NCBI GenBank assembly: GCA_963746845.1
Contig: CAVVCZ010000004.1
Location: forward strand, 480,001 to 544,000
From: an uncultured Chloroflexia bacterium
Lineage (GTDB): Bacteria > Chloroflexota > Limnocylindria > Limnocylindrales > CSP1-4
Length of the DNA stretch: 64,000 nucleotides
Direction: 5' to 3'
Shown one piece after another: positions 57,085 through 64,000 of the stretch (within the stretch, counting starts at the first letter, position 1; the number at the start of each line of letters is the position of its first letter). The notes under the pieces are model-generated. The model searched no databases. It worked only from the letters and a program-made list of their open reading frames with translations, and was not told the origin of the DNA. The position numbers and the translations under genes were made by a program.

Positions 57085-59535
57085 ATGTCCAAGAACCTCG
57101 TGATCGTCGAGAGCCCCGCCAAGGCCCGGACGATCGAGCGCTACCTGGGCCCGGACTACCGGGTCCTCGCTTCCTACGGTCATGTCCGCGACCTCCCCGA
57201 GAATCCCGGCAAGGGCAAGTTCGGGGTCGACGTGGACCATGACTTCGCCCCCGAATATGTCATCTCGGATGATCGCCGCAAGCAGGTCGCCGAGATCACC
57301 AAGGCCGCCAAGTCGGCCGACCAGGTCTTTCTCGCCACGGACCTCGACCGCGAGGGCGAGGCGATCGCCTGGCACGTCGCGGAGGCCGCGAACGTCCCTG
57401 CGTCGAAGACCCAGCGAGTGACCTTCAGCGAGATCACGGAGGGCGCGATCCGCGAGGCGTTCGCCCATCCGCGCGAGATCGACACGAACCTCGTCGATGC
57501 GCAGCAGACGCGTCGGATCGTCGATCGGCTCGTCGGTTACACGCTCAGCCCACTGATCAGCCGCAAGGTCCGCTCGGGGCTGTCGGCCGGACGCGTCCAG
57601 TCCGTCGCGGTCCGGCTCGTCGTGGAGCGCGAACGGGAGATCGGCGCGTTCACCGCCCGCGAGTACTGGACGCTGGAGGCGCTCCTCGCCACCGCCGCGG
57701 GCGAGACGTTCGGCGCCGAGGTCGTCCGGATCGACGGAGCCGCGCTGGACGTGTCCGACGGGGACACCGCCGAACGGCACGCCGGCGCGCTGCGGGAGCT
57801 CCGGCCGCTCGTCACGAAGGTCGGGACCCGCAAGCAGAGCCGCAGCCCGGCCCCGCCGTTCACGACCTCGACGCTCCAGCAGGAGGCGAGCCGGAAGCTC
57901 GGGTTCAGCCCGAAGCGGACGATGTCGGTCGCCCAGCGGCTGTACGAGGGCGCGGACACCCCGGACGGCCACGTCGGACTCATCACCTACATGCGAACCG
58001 ATTCCGTGGCGATCGCCGGCGTCGCGATGGGCGAGGCCCGGGACGTGATCCGCTCGCGCTTCGGCGATCCGTACTCGATGCCCAAGGGCCGGGTCTACAA
58101 GACCAAGACGAAGGGTGCCCAGGAGGCCCACGAATCGATCCGTCCAACGTCGTTCCGGCGCGACCCGGACTCGCTCGCGGGATCACTCTCGGGCGACGAG
58201 CTTCGTCTGTACCGGCTGATCTGGCAGCGGGCGATCGCCTCCCAGATGGCCGCCAAGGAGCTCGAGACGACCACGATCGACCTGGCCGACGGGCAGTACG
58301 AGCTGCGGGCGAGCGCGACGAAGACGCTGTTCGACGGGTTCGCCGCGGTCTACACCGAGGGTCGCGACGACGGCGAGGAGGACGACGCGGAGCGGAGCCT
58401 GCCGCCCCTCGTCGAAGGCGACGCGACGACGGTTCGCGACGTCACCCCGACCCAGCACTTCACCGAGCCGCCGCCGCGGTTCACCGAAGCGACGCTGATC
58501 AAGGCGCTCGAGGAGCACGGGATCGGTCGCCCGTCCACGTACGCCGCCACGATCTCCACGATCGTCGACCGCGGCTACGTCCGGGTCGAGGAGCGCCGGC
58601 TCCACCCGGAGCCGGTCGCGCTCGTCGTCACGGACCTGCTCGTCGAGCACTTCGGCGACTACGTCGACCTGGCGTTCACCGCCCGGATGGAGGAGGACCT
58701 CGACGAGGTCGCCCGGGGCGAGCGCGACTGGGTGCCGCTGCTCCAGGCGTTCTACCCGCCGCTGCGTGACCGCGTCGACGAGGTCCGCAAGACGACGCGC
58801 AGGAGCGACTTCACGACCGAGCCGACCGACGAGGTCTGCTCCGAGGGCCATCCGATGGTGATCCGGCTCGGCCGGAACGGGCGGTTCCTCGCGTGCTCGC
58901 TCTTCCCGGAGCACAAGGAATCGCGACCGCTCCCGGGCGAGGAGGCCCCGCCGCAGGCCGGTGAGGGCGAGGTGTGCCCGCAGTGCGGCGAGGGGACGCT
59001 CGTCGGCAAGCGCGGCCGGTTCGGCCCGTTCGTGGGCTGCTCGCGCTACCCGGACTGTGCCTACATCAAGAAGGAGGGCCCGCCGCCGCCCGAGCCGCTC
59101 GGGTTCGACGTGCCGTGCCCGAAGAACAACGACGGCAACCTCGTGGCACGCCGCGCACGTCGGACCGGCAACGTGTTCTACGGCTGCTCGAACTACCCGA
59201 AGTGCGACTACACGACGAACTTCGCGCCGGTCGGGGCCGTCCACGACACGGACGACGGCCCGGTCGCGCGTCACGGTGAGACGGGGATCTGCCTGCGCTG
59301 CGGCGCGGATGTGCCGCTGCCCGAGGGCGAGGAGCTCGTCGGACGCCGGCTCGAGGGTGGCCCGCCGAACCCCGAGGCGCTCGCGAAGCCGGCCCGAGGC
59401 GGGGCACGCCGCGGGTCCGGGTCGGGCGGCTCGGCGCGCGCCGGACGCAGCACGCGCGGATCGGGCGGTCGAGCCGGCGGCACCGCACGAGGTGGGCGGC
59501 GCACGGCCCCGACCGGGACCGCGCCGGACGCGTGA
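57085..59535 (+). CDS. topA: DNA topoisomerase I
   Basis: [36 protein letters not shown] and GIGRPSTY motifs; C-terminal Zn ribbons. Confidence 0.98.
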   Translation: MSKNLVIVESPAKARTIERYLGPDYRVLASYGHVRDLPENPGKGKFGVDVDHDFAPEYVISDDRRKQVAEITKAAKSADQVFLATDLDREGEAIAWHVAEAANVPASKTQRVTFSEITEGAIREAFAHPREIDTNLVDAQQTRRIVDRLVGYTLSPLISRKVRSGLSAGRVQSVAVRLVVEREREIGAFTAREYWTLEALLATAAGETFGAEVVRIDGAALDVSDGDTAERHAGALRELRPLVTKVGTRKQSRSPAPPFTTSTLQQEASRKLGFSPKRTMSVAQRLYEGADTPDGHVGLITYMRTDSVAIAGVAMGEARDVIRSRFGDPYSMPKGRVYKTKTKGAQEAHESIRPTSFRRDPDSLAGSLSGDELRLYRLIWQRAIASQMAAKELETTTIDLADGQYELRASATKTLFDGFAAVYTEGRDDGEEDDAERSLPPLVEGDATTVRDVTPTQHFTEPPPRFTEATLIKALEEHGIGRPSTYAATISTIVDRGYVRVEERRLHPEPVALVVTDLLVEHFGDYVDLAFTARMEEDLDEVARGERDWVPLLQAFYPPLRDRVDEVRKTTRRSDFTTEPTDEVCSEGHPMVIRLGRNGRFLACSLFPEHKESRPLPGEEAPPQAGEGEVCPQCGEGTLVGKRGRFGPFVGCSRYPDCAYIKKEGPPPPEPLGFDVPCPKNNDGNLVARRARRTGNVFYGCSNYPKCDYTTNFAPVGAVHDTDDGPVARHGETGICLRCGADVPLPEGEELVGRRLEGGPPNPEALAKPARGGARRGSGSGGSARAGRSTRGSGGRAGGTARGGRRTAPTGTAPDA

Positions 59536-60533
59536 CGGCCGCGGCGGCTGAGACGGCCCTGCAGGACTTCCTCGGGTCGCTCGCGGCCCGCGACACCTCC
59601 CCCCACACGCAGCGGTCCTACGCGGGCACGATCCGCTCCTATCTGGACTGGCTGACGAACCGCGGCGTCGACTGGCGGACGCCCGGGCGCGGCGATCTCC
59701 GTGCCTACCTCGCGGTCCTCGGCATGGGTCACGCCCGAAGCTCCACGGCCCAGCGTCTCGCCGCGATCCGCTCGTTCCACCGGTTCGTCGCGCGGGAGGG
59801 CCTCGCCCCGGGCGACCCGTGGGGCGCGATCGCGACGCCACGTCTGCCACGTCGTCTGCCGCGCGTCCTCGAGGTCGAGGAGGTCGAGCGCCTGCTCGCG
59901 GCGGTCGACGACGCCGTTGCGGCCGATGACGGGGCGGCGGACGAGGTCGCGATCGCCATCTCGCTCCGCGACCGGGCGATCGTCGAGACCGCCTATGCGG
60001 CCGGCCTCCGGATCAGCGAGCTCGCGGCGGCGGACCTCGCCTCGCTCGACCTCCGTCGTGGTGAGATCCGGGTCCTCGGCAAGGGCCGCAAGGAGCGGGT
60101 CGGGTTGCTCGGGCGGCCGGCCCGCCTGGCCCTCGAGGGCTACCTCGCGGATGGGCGGCCGATTCTCGCCGCCCGCCGCGCCGTCAGCGCGGACGACGCC
60201 GGCCCGACGGCCGTCTTCCTGAACCACCGCGGCGAAGCACTCGGAGTGCGCGGCCTCCGGTACCGCCTCGAGCTGCTGCGTCGCCGCGCCGGGCTGCCCG
60301 TGGGCGTCTCACCCCATACGCTGCGCCATTCCTTCGCGACGCACCTGCTCGAGGGCGGTGCGGACCTCCGGGTCGTCCAGGAGCTGCTCGGCCACGAGAG
60401 CCTCGCCACGACCCAGGTCTATACCCATGTCTCACCCGCCCGCCTCCGGGCCGCCTACCGTGGCGCGCACCCGCGGGCAGCCCGGCCGACGCCGGGCCCG
60501 GACGCCGCTCCGCTCGACCGCCGCCCCGCGTGA
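59532..60533 (+). CDS. xerC: XerC/XerD-type tyrosine recombinase
   Basis: [27 protein letters not shown] and LLGH..TTQVY motifs; position after topA. Confidence 0.88.
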   Translation: MTAAAAETALQDFLGSLAARDTSPHTQRSYAGTIRSYLDWLTNRGVDWRTPGRGDLRAYLAVLGMGHARSSTAQRLAAIRSFHRFVAREGLAPGDPWGAIATPRLPRRLPRVLEVEEVERLLAAVDDAVAADDGAADEVAIAISLRDRAIVETAYAAGLRISELAAADLASLDLRRGEIRVLGKGRKERVGLLGRPARLALEGYLADGRPILAARRAVSADDAGPTAVFLNHRGEALGVRGLRYRLELLRRRAGLPVGVSPHTLRHSFATHLLEGGADLRVVQELLGHESLATTQVYTHVSPARLRAAYRGAHPRAARPTPGPDAAPLDRRPA

Positions 60534-62101
60534 CGTCGTCGCGGGCCCTCGCACGGGCGGGGCTGATCGTCTCGGGGGCGTTCCTCGTCTCGCGCGTGCT
60601 CGGCTGGGTCCGGGTCGTCGTCATCGTCAACGCGGGCCTGTCCGGGTCGGAGCTCGACACGTTCTTCGCGGCGTTCCGGCTGCCCGATCTCGTCTTCCAG
60701 CTCGTCGCGGCCGGTGCGCTGTCCTCCGCGGTGATCCCGATCGTCTCGAGCCTGCTCGCGACGGACGAGACCGCACGTGCCTGGCGGGTCGTCTCGACGA
60801 TCGCGAACCTGATGCTGATCGGGCTCCTCGTCCTCGGCGCGGTCGTGTTCATCGCCGCGCCGGTGCTGATCCCCGCGATCACCCCCGGGTTCAGCCAGGC
60901 GCAGTGGGACCGGACCGTCGAGCTCACCCGGATCATGATCCTCGGCCCGATCTTCCTCGCTCTCGGCTCGCTCGCGACGAGCGTCCTCAACGCCCAGGGC
61001 CGGTTCGCGGCCGCCGCGGTCGCGCCGATCGTCTACAACCTCGCGATCATCGGCGCGGCGTGGCTCCTCGCCCCGACGTACGGAGTCGTCGGCCTGGCGA
61101 TCGGCGTCGTGGCCGGGGCGATCGGCCATCTCCTCGTCCAGATCCGCCCGATCCGCGCGCTCGGCTACCGCTACGACCGGCAGATCGACCTGTCCGACCC
61201 CGAGGCCGGCAAGGCCCTGAAGCTGATGGCGCCGCGGGCGCTCGGGCTCGGCGTCAGCCAGATCACGTTCGTCGTGCTGACGTCGCTCGCCTCGACGATG
61301 GTCACGGGCTCCGTCACCGCGTTCAACGTCGCGTTCACGCTGCTCCAGATCCCGATCGGGGTGATCGGCGTGCCGCTCGGCGTCGTCGTCCTGCCGTCGC
61401 TGTCACGCGAGGCCGCGGTCGGCCGGCTCGAGGGCTTCGCCGGGCTGATCTCGCGCGCGATCCGCCTCGTCGTGTTCGTGATGCTCCCGATCACGGGGAT
61501 CTCGATCGTCCTGCGCGACGACATCGTCCGGCTGCTGTTCGGCTACGGCCAGTTCGACCAGACCGCGATCGACCTGACCGCGGCGACGTTCGCGGCGTTC
61601 CTCGTCGGGCTGACAGCGCACGCCCTGATCGCGATCCTGGCTCGGGCCTTCTACGCCCGCCAGGACACCCGGACCCCCGTTGCCGCTGCGATCCTGGCGG
61701 TCGTCGTCAACACGACCCTGGCGGTCGTCCTCGCGGATCCGCTCGGGCTTCCGGGCCTCGCGCTCGCGATCGCCATCGCGGCCTGGCTCGAGACGATCGT
61801 CCTCGTCGTCCTGCTCAAGCGATCGCTCCCGGAGCTGGCCATCCGTCCGGTCCTGTCGCTTGGCGCGCGGACCATGATCGTGGCGATCCTCGGGTCGCTC
61901 GCGGCGGCGGGTGTCGGCGCCGGGCTCGCGCTCGCGCTCGGCGCCGACCCGTCGCGCGCCGGCCTGCTCGTCCGGATGGTCGTCGTGACGGTCGTCTGGC
62001 TTCTGACGTCGGCCGGGCTTGCCGCCGTGTTGCGGATCACCGAGCTGCCCGCGATGATCGGTCTCGTGCTCGACCTGGTCCGCCGGCCCCGCGCCGCATG
62101 A
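60530..62101 (+). CDS. murJ: Lipid II flippase MurJ
   Basis: [23 protein letters not shown] and [11 protein letters not shown] motifs. Confidence 0.95.
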   Translation: MTSSRALARAGLIVSGAFLVSRVLGWVRVVVIVNAGLSGSELDTFFAAFRLPDLVFQLVAAGALSSAVIPIVSSLLATDETARAWRVVSTIANLMLIGLLVLGAVVFIAAPVLIPAITPGFSQAQWDRTVELTRIMILGPIFLALGSLATSVLNAQGRFAAAAVAPIVYNLAIIGAAWLLAPTYGVVGLAIGVVAGAIGHLLVQIRPIRALGYRYDRQIDLSDPEAGKALKLMAPRALGLGVSQITFVVLTSLASTMVTGSVTAFNVAFTLLQIPIGVIGVPLGVVVLPSLSREAAVGRLEGFAGLISRAIRLVVFVMLPITGISIVLRDDIVRLLFGYGQFDQTAIDLTAATFAAFLVGLTAHALIAILARAFYARQDTRTPVAAAILAVVVNTTLAVVLADPLGLPGLALAIAIAAWLETIVLVVLLKRSLPELAIRPVLSLGARTMIVAILGSLAAAGVGAGLALALGADPSRAGLLVRMVVVTVVWLLTSAGLAAVLRITELPAMIGLVLDLVRRPRAA

Positions 62102-63204
62102 CGATGACGGCGGAGCGCGCCGCCGGACCGGATGCCGTCGACCCGGCCGGCGACATCTTGTGGGACGGGTTCGTCGAGGCCGGGCACCCCGGCTCCTATC
62201 TGCAGCTGAGCGGCTGGGCCAGGGTGAAGGCGGTGAACGGCTGGACCACCGAGCGGATCCGGACGGCGCCGAACGGGGGCGAGGACGGTGGCGTCGGCGC
62301 CCAGATCCTGCTCCGCCGACCGCGGCCGCTGCCCTGGGCGATCGCCTACGCACCGCGGGGTCCGGTGGCCGGCCGGTGGGACGATCGGACGATCGAGGAC
62401 TTCACGGAGGCGGCTCGCGACGCGCTGCGGCGGGTCGGCCGGGTCTCCCATCTCAAGATCGACCCGGAGATCGAGCTGGACGGGCCGCTCGATCCCGACG
62501 GCGCGATGCGCCGGCGCCTCCGGGCCGCCGGGTGGCGCCCCGCCGATCCGATCCAGCCGAGCGCGACGCGGATCATCGACCTCGCGGCGGACGAGGCGGC
62601 CCTGTGGGGCGACCTGCGGAAGAAGTGGCGGCAGTACGTGAACAAGGCCCGGTCCGCCGGGATCGTCGTGACCGACGCCGGCGGCGACGCGCTCCCCGAG
62701 TTCTACCGGATCTACCGCGAGACCGCGGATCGGGCCGGCTTCCTCATCCGGACCGAGGCGGCCTACCGCGACGTGTGGGAGGCGTTCGGTCCGTCCGGCC
62801 GGGCCCGCCTCCTGTTCGCCCGCCGCCCCGACGGCGAGGCGGTCGCGACGCTGTTCCTCGTGCGGAGCGGCGATCGCGTCGTCGAGCCGTACGGCGGGAT
62901 GACAGCGGACGGCGGTGACAGCAGGGCGAACTACCTCCTGAAGTGGGAGGCGATCCGGACATCGCGCGAGCGGGGGGCCGCCAGCTACGACCTGTGGGGC
63001 CTCGCGACGGGCGGGATCGCCCATTTCAAGACCGGGTTCGGCGGCCGCGAGGTCCGCTACATCGGGGCGTGGGACCTCGTGCTGGACCCGCTCGGGCGGC
63101 AGGCCTACATCCGGGCCCAGGAAACCCGGGTCTGGTGGGCCCGGCGCCGGCACGGGATCGCGGGCGATTCGAACGCCAGCGCGTTCGGGGGCGACGCCGC
63201 TTGA
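62098..63204 (+). CDS. FemABX-family peptidoglycan bridge aminoacyltransferase
   Basis: LQLSGWARVK, YAPRGP, LKIDP, NYLLKWEAI, YDLWG and FKTGFGG motifs. Confidence 0.9.
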   Translation: MTMTAERAAGPDAVDPAGDILWDGFVEAGHPGSYLQLSGWARVKAVNGWTTERIRTAPNGGEDGGVGAQILLRRPRPLPWAIAYAPRGPVAGRWDDRTIEDFTEAARDALRRVGRVSHLKIDPEIELDGPLDPDGAMRRRLRAAGWRPADPIQPSATRIIDLAADEAALWGDLRKKWRQYVNKARSAGIVVTDAGGDALPEFYRIYRETADRAGFLIRTEAAYRDVWEAFGPSGRARLLFARRPDGEAVATLFLVRSGDRVVEPYGGMTADGGDSRANYLLKWEAIRTSRERGAASYDLWGLATGGIAHFKTGFGGREVRYIGAWDLVLDPLGRQAYIRAQETRVWWARRRHGIAGDSNASAFGGDAA

Positions 63205-64000
63205 CCTCGATCCGGGCCGCGACGCCGGCCGAGCTCGTCGACTGGGACGAACGGACGGTCGACGTCGCCGGCGGCCACGTCCTCCAGTCACGAGCGTGGG
63301 CCGAGCACCGCGTCGCGACCGGCTGGGAGGCCGACCACCTCGTGTTCGAGGACGGGTTCGCGGTCCTCGTCCTGCGGCGGGCGCTGGCGGGGGTCGGTGG
63401 CTGGAGCGCCTACGTCCCGCGCGGTCCGATCGCGGCCGGGGCGGCGGCCGAGCGGACGGCCGAACGGCTGGGTCTGCTCGCCGACCACCTCGCGGGCCGC
63501 GGCGTGGCCGTCGTCGCAAGCGACGCGGAGATCCCCGCCACCTCGGGCTACCCGGCGCGGCTCTCGGCGCTGGGCTTCCAGCCGATCGAGGAGATCCAGC
63601 CGTCGCGCCACCGGGTGACCGTCCCACTCGCCGGCCGGGACGAGGACTCGGCGTTCGCGGCGATCGCGAAGTCGACCCGCCAGCGCATCCGCGGGGCCGA
63701 GACCGACGGGATCGTCGTCGTCCGTCACGACGGGCGGCTGCCGCCCGCCGGGGTGGGGGAGGGGTTCGCCCATCCCGCCGAGCCCGTCGAGATCGCCCTG
63801 GACCGGTTCTACGATCTGCTCCTCGAGACGGGCGAGCGGCTCCACTTCACGTTCGGGCCACGCGACGCGTACCTCGCCTGGTGGCGGGCGGCCCTCCGGG
63901 CCGGACACCTCGTCCTCCTCGAGGCCCGCACGCCCGAGGGCGAGCCGCTGGCCGGCCTCGTGCTGTACCGCCACGGGGAACGGCTGTCGACCGTCCACTC
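63201..64000 (+). CDS. Second FemABX-family transferase (partial, runs off the window end)
   Basis: TTG overlapping the previous stop; own translation gives GGHVLQSRAWAEH, AYVPRGP, EIQPSRH and KSTRQRIR; absent from the ORF track because it has no stop in the window. Confidence 0.85.
   Translation, partial: MTSIRAATPAELVDWDERTVDVAGGHVLQSRAWAEHRVATGWEADHLVFEDGFAVLVLRRALAGVGGWSAYVPRGPIAAGAAAERTAERLGLLADHLAGRGVAVVASDAEIPATSGYPARLSALGFQPIEEIQPSRHRVTVPLAGRDEDSAFAAIAKSTRQRIRGAETDGIVVVRHDGRLPPAGVGEGFAHPAEPVEIALDRFYDLLLETGERLHFTFGPRDAYLAWWRAALRAGHLVLLEARTPEGEPLAGLVLYRHGERLSTVH

Noticed and set aside
59532-60533. Integrase of a mobile element
   Set aside because: It is XerC-like and embedded in a housekeeping operon; no att repeats were seen

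Overview
High-GC bacterial chromosomal window. It probably comes from a Chloroflexota (Limnocylindria/Ellin6529-like) organism; this is inferred from protein style, not proven. Core genes include murI, ychF, a YprA/YprB (MrfAB-like) repair pair with a LexA-type box, tRNA-Met, ftsH, ppa, thpR, nfeD-SPFH, comM-dprA, topA-xerC-murJ and two FemABX-type transferases. Accessory blocks are a LacI-regulated myo-inositol catabolic cluster (6.2-18.4 kb), a (PT)60-stalk surface protein coupled to a GGDEF-EAL protein, a three-subunit molybdenum hydroxylase, and a divergent membrane caspase / STAND adenylate cyclase pair next to the tRNA. The most notable signals are: (1) an unannotated ~186-nt structured ncRNA (6S-like) with its own sigma70 promoter, preceded by four DnaA-box-like 9-mers and a stand-alone DnaB-type ATPase; (2) an inositol cluster with a transaldolase where IolC/IolJ would be expected, plus a collapsed thiolase relic; (3) a receptor-like caspase paired with an NLR-like cyclase; (4) candidate c-di-GMP-linked surface and effector proteins. 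No CRISPR array, rRNA or transposase was seen.
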